In this document: positions 7,119 to 17,559 of the stretch, piece by piece | Layout: every line of letters starts with the position of its first letter | How positions within the stretch are numbered: the stretch's first letter is position 1 | Source of the DNA: a virus | Strand: one strand, 5' to 3' | Virus record (IMG/VR): IMGVR_UViG_3300018080_005856 | Location: 86,488 to 150,487 of that record | Length of the DNA stretch: 64,000 nt | The notes under the pieces: model-generated | The model's input: only the letters and a program-made list of their open reading frames with translations | Databases searched by the model: none | Told to the model about the DNA's origin: nothing | Made by a program: the position numbers and the translations under genes

Positions 7119-10100
7119 ATGGGTAATAGACCCTCTAATTCTGAGAATATAATACTTCCTGACCCTATAACCTATGACGCATACAACCGTGGCTATAAAA
7201 GCGGAGCTCAAACATCCATCTTTATAGGCCCTATATGGGTAGAGGAGCTCGTCTCAGTACAGGTAAGAAGTCAGACAACCGATGTACCAGTATGGGGATA
7301 CTCGAATCCTTACTATGGTGACATACTTCAAGGAAACTATCAGGTAACAGGACAACTAGCTGTTTCTTATACTGAACCAGATTATCTGTTGAGAATAATA
7401 AACACAGCCAGGAACGCGAGTATTCAAGACGATGAACTTGCTGCTCTCATAGAGCAAAGGAAAAGCATATTTCTGGACACTGTGAAGTATAAGCTTATCC
7501 AAGAACAAAAGATGCAGGGTAATCTGGATATAGATGATATCTCTACCATACAAACTGCTGAAAGGTTTGTTCAAAGAATAACAAGAGAGGTAGAAACAAC
7601 TGTTCTGAACACTGGTGGGACTGTAAGGAATAATGCGTTCGAGATAACCATAATAACTGGGAACATAGAATCTGGTGACTCGTCCATAGACATATATGAG
7701 GGCGTTAAGATAATGGGTACTGGTAAAGTAATCAGTACAGATGATACTGCCATTATAGAAATGTATGAGTTCATGGGTAGAAAGAAACCAGATCTTAAAA
7801 AGCCAATAGTAGTCCAGGCAATATCAAATAGACTGTCTAAAGCCAATCTCATGTCTATGGCTAAAGAAGTTACAGATAAACTTATAGATAGGGTAATGGA
7901 GCCGCCAACGATGTTGGCGTCAAGCCTAACACCGCGGGCAATGGAATTAGGATCCACGGACAAAATTGCTATAGCCGGGCATCTACCAAGGAAACCAAGG
8001 TTTTATGGAAAGGAATGCTCTTTCTCAGAAATATCATTCGCTATGGAGCACCCAGATACATTTACAGAGTATACCGATGAGAATGATGAAGTAACACCAA
8101 TAGTATCGGATTCAAAGCTTAAGATATACAATAAAGACAGTATAACTCCCAGTGAAGTAGACATAAAGCTGACGTGCCCATTCGTAGATCCTGTTAATGA
8201 GGGGCAGCGGAAAGGGTTTGACAATAGATTCGGTAGACTGGTATCACCAGATAGAGAACATACTGCAAACCATGTAAATGCTGTGGCCCCTATAGAACCG
8301 GCAAGCATAATAGACCATGTAGGTGGCTCTATAGTAATGCCAAGATACGAAAGCAAAGAGTTTGAGATAGGATCATATTATCCGCCAGAAATAGTAGACA
8401 TAAGTACATTTGAATACGATGAGGAAGACCTCCCTACTCTTACTGCAGGAACATTATGGTGCAATACACTTGGGTTCAGATCTAGTACATCTAAATATGT
8501 TAGAGCAAAAGACCTGACACCGGAGGAACTTGCATCTGATGCAAGAATAGGAGATATAGCTCAGCCGATGAACACCCTGGCCATAATAGGTGGAGTAATG
8601 GCAGAGTGGGAAGAAGATGAAGACACATTCTCATTTAAGATAGATGTTCCTAGGGCTATTGACTATGTAAATACACATAAGGGTTCTGATAAAGTGACAA
8701 AGAGAGAAATGCTCCTAGGCAAGCCCGGACATTTCCTAAATATAAGAATGGATGCCTCAACCGAGGAATTTGACAGTGCATCCACAAGAAGAACAAACTA
8801 CGACAATGACTCGTCAGAAACAGCCACATATGATTGGATCTCAATTGAAGGACCATTGGTAGATGAGAGCAACAGTGCTGTAGAGAATACACAGGCTGAT
8901 GATACTTCTACTACTACCCCTCCGCCCGTTAATGACTGGAAGATATATGAGAACTCTGAGTTCGCTATATCATATGAGTCAATAGATATGCCACTTCCCT
9001 CTACAGGAGATCCTGATACATTGTCTCCACACTACTTTGAGATAACTCTTAATATAACTCAGGCTGATCTAGCTACCTCACTGAATAAGACCCTGTATAT
9101 TACACCATTTATATTTATGGATAATGACTCAGCAGAGTCTACACTTACATCATACGGGCCTCCTCCAGAATATGGTATAACAGTAACCCCGGAGAAAACT
9201 CCATCTGGGACCGATATAGATAGCTACTTTGGAAGCGACGATAAATCATCTTTTGACAGATTAGCATATTTCCTTAGCAGCAGAAATGGCAACGATGATA
9301 GTTGTGATGTAGAAATAGTGTTTGACTGTGTAGTAGCAGACCAGGCTGGGTATTATAGTACAGATGGAAGGGTAAAAATATATGGCATATATTTTATCAA
9401 AACACCAAACGACTATGATACAGTGGTAGCTGATGATGGTTCTTCTCAGAGCAGAACCAGTCTGGGAGAACCCAGACAGGTAAGAGTGTTCTTCCTAGCC
9501 GGTATAATGCCGCTTCTCGCTCTTCCCACAGGCAAGGAGGACACAGATGCTATGGTAGATATATCTCACACAGTAGAAGGCCAATCAGGAAGATATCTTG
9601 AGATATATAATATTACACGATGTGATGCTATGCTTCATAACGCCCAAGCTATTGTAGATTTGAACGCAGGCATATGGCAGGCGGTAAAGAACGCCATAAT
9701 TGCTATATTCCAGGATCTATTGAATATAGATGCCCCCGTGACCGGGTACACGTACCCTGTAAAAGCCAGCTGGGATAGATTTGCCGGTTTTCTAGATGGG
9801 TATAGTATAAGAGTAAATTATGGTATAATAGCAGACCAGATAAAGAACTGCTCCTTCACTACTGAGGGTATAGATAAATATGTCAATAGGGCAATGGAAA
9901 TAGACAGTTCAGGAAGAAAGTGGACATTAGCAAAGGCTCTTACCATAGCGGAAGAAATAGTAGAAAGCAAAGCATCAGGCCTCAACTCGGAAACTGAAGA
10001 TGAAATAGAATCTATGGTAATAGGAGCCATAGAGTCAAAAGTAACAGAGCTTGGTGGTACTATAATAGATAGAAACTCAGCCAAGCGAACATTTGTTATT

Positions 10101-10247
10101 GACATGGAAGTCCTTATGCCTGCAAGTGACGTAGTGTCATATGGATTATCATCGGCCGGATATGAATACCTGTCTTCGCTAACGACATCATCTGATGATA
10201 CTACTGTACCAACTGGTTACATAAACCTCGGAGGATATACTGAATGA
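7119..10247 (+). CDS. Tail-tube-like N-terminal domain fused to ~800-aa acidic extension
   Basis: The N-terminus YKSGAQTSIFIGPIWVEELVSV...PVWGYSNPYY...GQLAVSYTEPDYL...FEITI...IYEGVKI...IIEMYEFMGR resembles the tail-tube family. The rest is unassigned. Confidence 0.6.
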   Translation: MGNRPSNSENIILPDPITYDAYNRGYKSGAQTSIFIGPIWVEELVSVQVRSQTTDVPVWGYSNPYYGDILQGNYQVTGQLAVSYTEPDYLLRIINTARNASIQDDELAALIEQRKSIFLDTVKYKLIQEQKMQGNLDIDDISTIQTAERFVQRITREVETTVLNTGGTVRNNAFEITIITGNIESGDSSIDIYEGVKIMGTGKVISTDDTAIIEMYEFMGRKKPDLKKPIVVQAISNRLSKANLMSMAKEVTDKLIDRVMEPPTMLASSLTPRAMELGSTDKIAIAGHLPRKPRFYGKECSFSEISFAMEHPDTFTEYTDENDEVTPIVSDSKLKIYNKDSITPSEVDIKLTCPFVDPVNEGQRKGFDNRFGRLVSPDREHTANHVNAVAPIEPASIIDHVGGSIVMPRYESKEFEIGSYYPPEIVDISTFEYDEEDLPTLTAGTLWCNTLGFRSSTSKYVRAKDLTPEELASDARIGDIAQPMNTLAIIGGVMAEWEEDEDTFSFKIDVPRAIDYVNTHKGSDKVTKREMLLGKPGHFLNIRMDASTEEFDSASTRRTNYDNDSSETATYDWISIEGPLVDESNSAVENTQADDTSTTTPPPVNDWKIYENSEFAISYESIDMPLPSTGDPDTLSPHYFEITLNITQADLATSLNKTLYITPFIFMDNDSAESTLTSYGPPPEYGITVTPEKTPSGTDIDSYFGSDDKSSFDRLAYFLSSRNGNDDSCDVEIVFDCVVADQAGYYSTDGRVKIYGIYFIKTPNDYDTVVADDGSSQSRTSLGEPRQVRVFFLAGIMPLLALPTGKEDTDAMVDISHTVEGQSGRYLEIYNITRCDAMLHNAQAIVDLNAGIWQAVKNAIIAIFQDLLNIDAPVTGYTYPVKASWDRFAGFLDGYSIRVNYGIIADQIKNCSFTTEGIDKYVNRAMEIDSSGRKWTLAKALTIAEEIVESKASGLNSETEDEIESMVIGAIESKVTELGGTIIDRNSAKRTFVIDMEVLMPASDVVSYGLSSAGYEYLSSLTTSSDDTTVPTGYINLGGYTE

Positions 10248-13200
10248 GCACTGATATAAAGGATCCATCTGACCTTGGAAATTCCATAAACTCTTTCAAT
10301 ATAGTAGAGTGTTGTGAGTATACCCCTATAGATATGTACATATGTATTCCTAATCTAGGATATGGGTTCCCATCTCATGTAATAGAGACATTTGCTTCCA
10401 AATTCCATAAGATAATTCCGGATAATGCGCATTCTGTAGTAAGCGAGGAGGATTCCAAGATCCAGATCAGTGACGATGCTGGTATAATAATGGAAAAAGA
10501 CAAGTTTGCTGTAGCAGGAAAAGGGTTTCTATCAGATCATATGATAACTAGAATACCTTTGAACAGCCCTTGTGCAAAGAAGGCTAGGCTCAATCCTCCT
10601 CTGAAACTGCCGATACCTTTTAGAGTTAGAGATATAAGTGGTAGCGCAGCTACTGGTATGGTAATGACAAATCTATCTGTCAGAAACGAGCAAGCTGCTC
10701 TTTATAACATGATGAGTAGTGTAGCTGAAGATGAGACTATGGATAACATCAAGGATTCCATAGCAAAAGCAATAGCCGCTTCTCATTTTAGAGCCGCTAG
10801 TGACCTGAACAAAGAAGGTACTGATGATGCCGGAACTTCTGCTGATAAGTTCACAGGAACTGTTGGAGAGGACACAGAGAGAGTAGAATTTACACATTTA
10901 TTCAAGGGAGAAAACGGCGAGCTTAGTGCAGAAGATGTTAATTATCAATCTATTGTAAGTAAATCTAACTATGATACCCCCTGGGCAGAATGTCTCCTAA
11001 GGCCCGCTATTTTCGTATCATACGTAAACGATAATGGAGATCTTAGAGTTTACTACTCTCCAGATCTTACAGCTCAATTGATGAAAAGCATAGTAATAGA
11101 GGGAAAGTCCACCCCTCCAGAACTAAAGTTTGAGAAAACTCTATATGCCTTTGGTGTTGATTCAGCATATAGAGGACTCATGCAAGACTGGATGACTTTT
11201 GTTGATAGTGGTAATGAAGATGGGATTACAGGAAATAACGATCTCAGCTCGTTTTATATCTCATCAGAATTCGTACCATGTGAGATGTTCAGAGATGGGC
11301 TTCATATGGGAGATATTGAAGACCTAAGTGTCAGAAATAGACTGGTGGATGGGGGAGCTGATCAAACCGTTACATGTACTCTAATAACTCCATCACCTCC
11401 CTTGTTCACAAATGGTGAAATATACAGAGATAATCCTAAGAAGGATAACGAGTCATTTTACCTTCCTTTTAGCCAGGCCTACCTGCTCCCTCTGGCATCT
11501 TACAGTAAGTATGCAGTTGGCTGGGATGAATCAGAAACTTGTCAACTATGCGGAGGTACTGGAAGTATAGGATTCACTAGCTGCTTTGTATGCGATAAAG
11601 GGGAAGGAATACTATGTCCTACTTGCCTCAATAACACAGAAAGAATAGACGGTACAGATGAAGAAGTATATGGATACCAATCTTCAGAATGTAGTTATTG
11701 TAATGCACCTGGTAATCAGTGGGAGGCTGTAAGCAGATTTACTGTTGTCTTAACATATTCACTTCTAGGAAAGATACCATGCCCTAGTTGTTTTAACCAA
11801 GCCATTCAGAGTGCCAACCATGATATATATCTTGTATCTGAATACATAGGGACTAGTAGGGGAAGCGGTGCAGGAACATGCTCCACATGCAAAGGTACGG
11901 GCTATGTTCAGTGTCCGAATTGTATAGGTAATCCGGATGGTCTCAGTGAAACTCCAGGATATCAGCGCAGCAAATGTCCAACCTGCTTCGATAGTAGCAG
12001 CGGAAGCTACAGAGGAAAAAGCACACCGGTGGCTGGAAGATTGTCATGCACTTCAGATAATCTCGAGTTTGTAGCTGGGGCCCCAGAGACATCCATATAT
12101 TATGAGAATATGAGCATCAGGCTAGCGCCTACTTGCAATGATACTGGGACAGTAAGCTTAGATACATGTCCAGCGTGTGGAGGGACCGGAACATCTTATA
12201 GATTCTATGCTGGTTCGTATTGTATAGGGGGAGAATATACCTTTGATCAGAAACCACATACTTGTGTAGTACAGAGCGATCAAGAGAGTGAAACGGACTT
12301 TACATCAATGGCGTACGTATCTGGCAAGAACATGGTAAGCTGGTACAACAAATCTGCGTATCTAGAAATGCCTCTTTCCTCATCTAACGATGCTGGCTGG
12401 GCAGCTGATATGACCTTCAATAGCGAAGCATCCAACCTAAAGTGGTTACCCCCATACATGTATGAGATATATTCTAATAATAGTGTAAAGGTATATTGCA
12501 GGCTACCAGAAGGAACCAAAGTACATCTCTACAACCCCCCGGTGATGACCTTTGCTGAACTACCAGAAGACTTGGGTCATATAATACTTGACTCTACTCC
12601 TGATTTGGCTGCCACTACAGCATATGATGGTGGTACCTGGGCTTACGTAGAATCTGATTCAGATATACCTCTAGAATCTGGTATACGGTGTATTACAACT
12701 AAGAATAATGAGTTATATGATTTCACATATATGTCACCCCTGGTTGATATAACACTTTCTGGGAATGTGGAAGGAAATATGGTTCTCCATTCTGAGGGGT
12801 TCGCACACCTTTCCGAGTCTTTGAGAATGTACTATGACTTTCTGAGAGAATATAAAGATGTCTTAAAACATGTGGATACCGCTAGAGTAGAGGAAATACC
12901 TGATTACTCAACCACGACCTCTAGATTTCTGTACGCCCCAAGCAACGCGGAAGATCTTAAACTCTCTGGAGATGATATAGATAATACAACATCATGGATA
13001 TCTCTGACTGCATTTAGAGATGTTCCTAGCTTTGGTACAGGCTTTCTATTCGCAGATAAAGACAGACAGAAAACTATATCAGAATTCAGCAATACCATAT
13101 TGACTGATATGAGTAGTCTAATTGATGGCAGACCCGCCACAGACGATCAGTGCAGTCTTATTATAGACACAATACTTGGAATATCTACATCTCATTCTGA

Positions 13201-16144
13201 TATGACATACTGCGAACCAGATCACGACCATAGGCTTTCTTATGTATCAAAGGGAGTAGCTAGTGAAATAACCAGCAATTATAGTGGAGACGATATACAG
13301 GCGGTTAAGGGCGCATCTATTATATACGATACAACTTCCGGTACAGAGCCTGAGGGGGATGGAACAGATGTAAAACCTATCAAGCCGTCTATCCATACTA
13401 TAGACACTACAATAGCTGATGATGGTGGAATATCTATAAGCACTCTATTATCTGCACCCATAGAATCTGATGACCTAACAGTATGTGATAATATGAAAAC
13501 ACTGGCTACCAGTCTGAAGAAGATGATAATAGATCTTTCTGATATGGTAACACATGTATTGATAAAACTGGATGATGCTTCTGATCTATCGTCACCAGTC
13601 CCAATGTTTTCTCCTAACTATTTCAGAAGAGACACAACATACGACAACTTTCTTACCGGCAAAATAGAGGACGTGAAAGCACTATTGGGCAGTGGAGAAG
13701 ATGCTAGTCTACTTACCAGAGACTTTATAGGAGTGATTACAGAGTATGTAAAAGACCTAAAGAAGAATGGGAAAGCTGACAGGCCCAGCAATCTGATGCA
13801 ATCAGTACAAACAGCAAGAGGAGAATATACCTTTGCCGCAGCTTACCTATCATCCATAGCAGGATGGTTAGTTAAGCAAAGATACAATGTTGATGATATA
13901 GAACATACGTTCGCTGCCATAGATAGCGATGGATTATCAACAAACGTAGTGTTTACAAAGGAAGCCAATCATAAAGGTCTTCTTGTTTATAATATGAGGA
14001 AAGCATACTATGTTATTGTATCAACTATATCATTCCTGGTAGCTACAATAGAAAGGTTGTTAGTGTACATGTACTCTGTAGATCTAAGGTACGACCCCCT
14101 GCCGGCATACCTCAACGATACAACCGGCGGAAATACTGTTCCTTTACATATATACGGATTCAAATCACAGGACGGTAACCCATGCTATCCTAAAGTTAAA
14201 AGCGACATAGTAATATCTGAACTGTCGGCTAGTACTATAAACCTGAACACGATATCATACTTTGCAGATAATGACGATGATATAAAGTACGACGTTACAT
14301 TAAAGATTCCTACCCTAAGTGATATGTCCGTGAAACCTTTGCCACTTCTAGGATTCGGAGCTAACGCTACCACAAGAGCGTTAGCAAGTTGGGATGAGAC
14401 TCATAAGTATGCATTCGAGCCCAGAGGAATATTCGAGGGTTTTACCTCAGTGCCACCAACATTGGACGTATCTACATATAACATGGTTTCCCTCTCTGGA
14501 ATGGTAAACATACAGGATAATCTATCTAGAAGGGATTACATGGTATATGACGGAAACTATGTTACCTATATCAACTCTTCTGAAGAACATACGTACTCCG
14601 GTCTTATGGCTAGCACTATAAGAACCGAACTAGAAGAGGTATATGCATCAGAGGTAGTTCCTCCTATAGGCGCGTTGGAAGTAGAAGGAGAGATAAGCAT
14701 GGCAGATGCCTTTCCATTCATAGCGGGGGGTCCCCTGGTTATAGCTTTACCTACCAGTATAAGAATGGACAACGTGGATTTCTTATCGGCACGACCACTG
14801 CCGGCTCAAACCTCAGCACTTTCTGGTGTATCAATAGACTACGCCACGTCGGAATCTATACCTTCAGGTATATTTTCAGATCCAGAAGGCGCTATATCTC
14901 GTATAGGTACAGCATGCACAGATATGCTAGGCTTTGTATCGAATGCCAGGAATACCATGGTTATTTTCAGCAAGATGTCTTCTGACTCCAAGTATGAGTA
15001 TGTGTTTCCTATAGCTGGACAAGCTGATACTCTATTGGGTACTACAAGCCAAGGAGAATCTCTCATGATGTGCTACCTCGCAGAAGCACTAGGTATGAGA
15101 ATACGAACACCATTCGGTACCGGAGGAGAGGTAAGTGCATCCAAGATATCGGCTATAATGGGAAGCAGTACTGGGTGGACTGATGGTGGTACAAGTGATT
15201 ATCATATAATGAATTACAATCTATGGTTGTCCAAAAGAAGGGCATACATGATCTTTAATATAATGATGTCAGTACTGTTGCATAGACGCCGGATGCATAT
15301 AGCGGACTGGGAAAGCTCAAAATACTACTATGAATGGGACCTGGTGTTTTACTCAGACGCATATTATAAATGTACTACAGCACATACATCCTCTGGGTCT
15401 TTCGATATATCTAAGTGGACAGAAATAGCTATAGGTAGTAATGCAGAAGATGGGGAACCCCTATACAGGGAGCTGGTATCATACAAGAACCCATCTAGTG
15501 GAACAACTCTAAAATATATGGTAGAATTAGTATACGCTACAGCTCAGCCCACTGAATCAACAACAGTAAAAGCACGAAAAGCTTTTCATTGTTACGGATT
15601 TGGCTCACTGTTTCAGAGCCCAAACACTGGAGATAATGCTGCTAGACGCAATCAGAGAGTTACCGACATACATATAAACGTACCGGTTTCATTAGACTCA
15701 TCTAGAATGTGGGCATTCAACCATCTCAACAGAAGATTCGGGGCTCCATTCTGTGCAGACCTAGATATTTCTACTGTTCCTGTTACTCCTACACCACCAG
15801 GGAATAGTTACATAGGAGGATGGGCATTGCCTAAGGCAGGAAAAACCCCAGGACAGTGGGAAACGTTGAACACGCCTGTAACCAGTAGCAACACGATAGA
15901 GGCAGCAAGTGCAACCACAGAGGACTTCCTGAGGTCAAACCTAAAGTGGATGGCACAGGGATGGAATGGTATAGTTAAACAGAAGTTGAGAAACATATCT
16001 AAGGATACGGGTGGGGAAGCAATGAGTCTTAACAGTAAGATAAATAGTTTCCTTGGTTCAGAAGAAGGAATGGCAGCTTTTGCTATACCTAGATCTGGTA
16101 GGTTAACAGATCAGATATGGCTTAAAATAACAGACTTGAGTTAG
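10244..16144 (+). CDS. Giant (1966 aa) probable virion protein with DnaJ-type CxxCxGxG zinc-finger array and CBM-like module
   Basis: Nine CxxC motifs at 11540-12190 and W-x4-Y...YYKCTTAHTS...W at ~15300-15427. ATGA-coupled to the previous gene. Confidence 0.6.
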   Translation: MSTDIKDPSDLGNSINSFNIVECCEYTPIDMYICIPNLGYGFPSHVIETFASKFHKIIPDNAHSVVSEEDSKIQISDDAGIIMEKDKFAVAGKGFLSDHMITRIPLNSPCAKKARLNPPLKLPIPFRVRDISGSAATGMVMTNLSVRNEQAALYNMMSSVAEDETMDNIKDSIAKAIAASHFRAASDLNKEGTDDAGTSADKFTGTVGEDTERVEFTHLFKGENGELSAEDVNYQSIVSKSNYDTPWAECLLRPAIFVSYVNDNGDLRVYYSPDLTAQLMKSIVIEGKSTPPELKFEKTLYAFGVDSAYRGLMQDWMTFVDSGNEDGITGNNDLSSFYISSEFVPCEMFRDGLHMGDIEDLSVRNRLVDGGADQTVTCTLITPSPPLFTNGEIYRDNPKKDNESFYLPFSQAYLLPLASYSKYAVGWDESETCQLCGGTGSIGFTSCFVCDKGEGILCPTCLNNTERIDGTDEEVYGYQSSECSYCNAPGNQWEAVSRFTVVLTYSLLGKIPCPSCFNQAIQSANHDIYLVSEYIGTSRGSGAGTCSTCKGTGYVQCPNCIGNPDGLSETPGYQRSKCPTCFDSSSGSYRGKSTPVAGRLSCTSDNLEFVAGAPETSIYYENMSIRLAPTCNDTGTVSLDTCPACGGTGTSYRFYAGSYCIGGEYTFDQKPHTCVVQSDQESETDFTSMAYVSGKNMVSWYNKSAYLEMPLSSSNDAGWAADMTFNSEASNLKWLPPYMYEIYSNNSVKVYCRLPEGTKVHLYNPPVMTFAELPEDLGHIILDSTPDLAATTAYDGGTWAYVESDSDIPLESGIRCITTKNNELYDFTYMSPLVDITLSGNVEGNMVLHSEGFAHLSESLRMYYDFLREYKDVLKHVDTARVEEIPDYSTTTSRFLYAPSNAEDLKLSGDDIDNTTSWISLTAFRDVPSFGTGFLFADKDRQKTISEFSNTILTDMSSLIDGRPATDDQCSLIIDTILGISTSHSDMTYCEPDHDHRLSYVSKGVASEITSNYSGDDIQAVKGASIIYDTTSGTEPEGDGTDVKPIKPSIHTIDTTIADDGGISISTLLSAPIESDDLTVCDNMKTLATSLKKMIIDLSDMVTHVLIKLDDASDLSSPVPMFSPNYFRRDTTYDNFLTGKIEDVKALLGSGEDASLLTRDFIGVITEYVKDLKKNGKADRPSNLMQSVQTARGEYTFAAAYLSSIAGWLVKQRYNVDDIEHTFAAIDSDGLSTNVVFTKEANHKGLLVYNMRKAYYVIVSTISFLVATIERLLVYMYSVDLRYDPLPAYLNDTTGGNTVPLHIYGFKSQDGNPCYPKVKSDIVISELSASTINLNTISYFADNDDDIKYDVTLKIPTLSDMSVKPLPLLGFGANATTRALASWDETHKYAFEPRGIFEGFTSVPPTLDVSTYNMVSLSGMVNIQDNLSRRDYMVYDGNYVTYINSSEEHTYSGLMASTIRTELEEVYASEVVPPIGALEVEGEISMADAFPFIAGGPLVIALPTSIRMDNVDFLSARPLPAQTSALSGVSIDYATSESIPSGIFSDPEGAISRIGTACTDMLGFVSNARNTMVIFSKMSSDSKYEYVFPIAGQADTLLGTTSQGESLMMCYLAEALGMRIRTPFGTGGEVSASKISAIMGSSTGWTDGGTSDYHIMNYNLWLSKRRAYMIFNIMMSVLLHRRRMHIADWESSKYYYEWDLVFYSDAYYKCTTAHTSSGSFDISKWTEIAIGSNAEDGEPLYRELVSYKNPSSGTTLKYMVELVYATAQPTESTTVKARKAFHCYGFGSLFQSPNTGDNAARRNQRVTDIHINVPVSLDSSRMWAFNHLNRRFGAPFCADLDISTVPVTPTPPGNSYIGGWALPKAGKTPGQWETLNTPVTSSNTIEAASATTEDFLRSNLKWMAQGWNGIVKQKLRNISKDTGGEAMSLNSKINSFLGSEEGMAAFAIPRSGRLTDQIWLKITDLS

Positions 16145-16156
16145 GAGGAACTAACG

Positions 16157-16750
16157 ATGAGCGAAGAGAATAAGCAAGACAAGGATCATGAAACTGTGAA
16201 CGGGGACGTAGAAGAAACCACAGTAGATCATGAGGAAGATCAGAGAAACCAGGATGAAGGGTTCTTCGATAATGTGAGTGATACGGTAAAGGACGAGTTC
16301 GAGAAAGTAGAGATACTTATGAAAAGAGCTCGTGAGGAGCGTGATCGTGTGAGAGATGAGGTAAAGAAGAAGTATCCAGGAGTAAGAATGTTCTCAGTAG
16401 TTACACCATACTCTGGTGTTTACATCGTTCGCGCACAGGATGTAGCCGATATAAAAGCATCCACTAAGGCAGTGGACAAATATATCGATGACGAGATAGT
16501 GAAAGAGGGGGGCAGGGAGAAACTGTCAGCCATGCCAGAATCGGAAAGGAACATTATAGTGCAGCGTATAAATGCTGAAGCTGCTGATATAAGCAACGAT
16601 ATATCCTTATCCAGGTGCGTTCTCTATCCGTATGACTTTGGTAAAATGGTAGAAACGGGAGAAGGTATACCGGCCGGAGTATATCCCCTGCTCATAGAGA
16701 AAATATATGAGGTATCCGGGTGGCAGGATGTGGACGTAGAGGAGATATAA
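16157..16750 (+). CDS. Tail assembly chaperone-like protein
   Basis: Contains SRCVLYP...IPAGVYPLLIEKIYEVSGW and sits just upstream of the tape-measure-like giants. SD AGGAGG. Confidence 0.55.
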   Translation: MSEENKQDKDHETVNGDVEETTVDHEEDQRNQDEGFFDNVSDTVKDEFEKVEILMKRAREERDRVRDEVKKKYPGVRMFSVVTPYSGVYIVRAQDVADIKASTKAVDKYIDDEIVKEGGREKLSAMPESERNIIVQRINAEAADISNDISLSRCVLYPYDFGKMVETGEGIPAGVYPLLIEKIYEVSGWQDVDVEEI

Positions 16751-16759
16751 AGGTCCTCG

Positions 16760-17551
16760 ATGAAACAGTATGGAATTAGAATAAAGGGGAAGAAGGGTAA
16801 TGTAGAAACTCATGTTGATGTGTTCCATCTTCCTCTATCTTATATGGACTGGGCTGTGTACTCGGGAAGTGATGAGCTATTTGACCATGCCACAATAAGA
16901 TATCTCCTTTATCAATACGTAATAAGAGTGGTTGATAATGGGGTAGAGGTACCAACAGATTCTCTCTTGAAGATGGAAGTTTCTGTCATAGAGAAAGTAA
17001 TCACCAACCTAATAGAGACCTCAATATTCCACAAGCCCGAATCATTCTATGAACTCATAGAGTCATTGGATAAGAAATCAAAGACATTATCTGGCTGCTA
17101 TGATCTGTTCATTTTCCAACAACTAGGAGTTGAATCATACCTTCAGCTCATCGAGAGAGATGCATATACCCGGGCTCAAATTATAATGATGATTGAGAAA
17201 AGCACGGGTATAAATGTAAAAGCAAGGTTCGATGAAGCTGTTTCCAAGGGTATACCTCTGGATCTTATTTCTACCCCAGAACAATATAGAAAGGGAATGA
17301 AGCAAAGGGGATTCTCCAAACCAATGGAGAGAGCTAGGAAATCCCCTCTAGATGCCCATAGGGATGCTTTTGGAGATGCACAAAGGCCACCCAGAGAAGA
17401 CATGCCATCTAATATAGACTCGATGCTTCAGGAATCTCGTGACTCTCTTGCAGCAGCACTACAGGCTGGGAAGAGAAAACCATCAGGTAAGAAGCCTACA
17501 TTCGATTGGACAAAAGACCAAGGGGCATTCGACCAGTTCGACTCGGAGTGA
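16760..17551 (+). CDS. Second tail assembly chaperone-like protein
   Basis: Lies between the first chaperone and the tape-measure-like gene, and is helical and charged. Confidence 0.45.
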   Translation: MKQYGIRIKGKKGNVETHVDVFHLPLSYMDWAVYSGSDELFDHATIRYLLYQYVIRVVDNGVEVPTDSLLKMEVSVIEKVITNLIETSIFHKPESFYELIESLDKKSKTLSGCYDLFIFQQLGVESYLQLIERDAYTRAQIIMMIEKSTGINVKARFDEAVSKGIPLDLISTPEQYRKGMKQRGFSKPMERARKSPLDAHRDAFGDAQRPPREDMPSNIDSMLQESRDSLAAALQAGKRKPSGKKPTFDWTKDQGAFDQFDSE

Positions 17552-17559
17552 GGTAAACT

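Noticed and set aside
10244-16144. DnaJ chaperone call
   Set aside because: Only the Zn-finger motifs are present. There is no recognisable J-domain, and the size and context do not fit.
16700-16790. Programmed -1 frameshift between the two tail chaperones (lambda G/GT type)
   Set aside because: No XXXYYYZ slippery site is evident near the first stop, and the second gene has its own ATG after an SD-like AAGGT.
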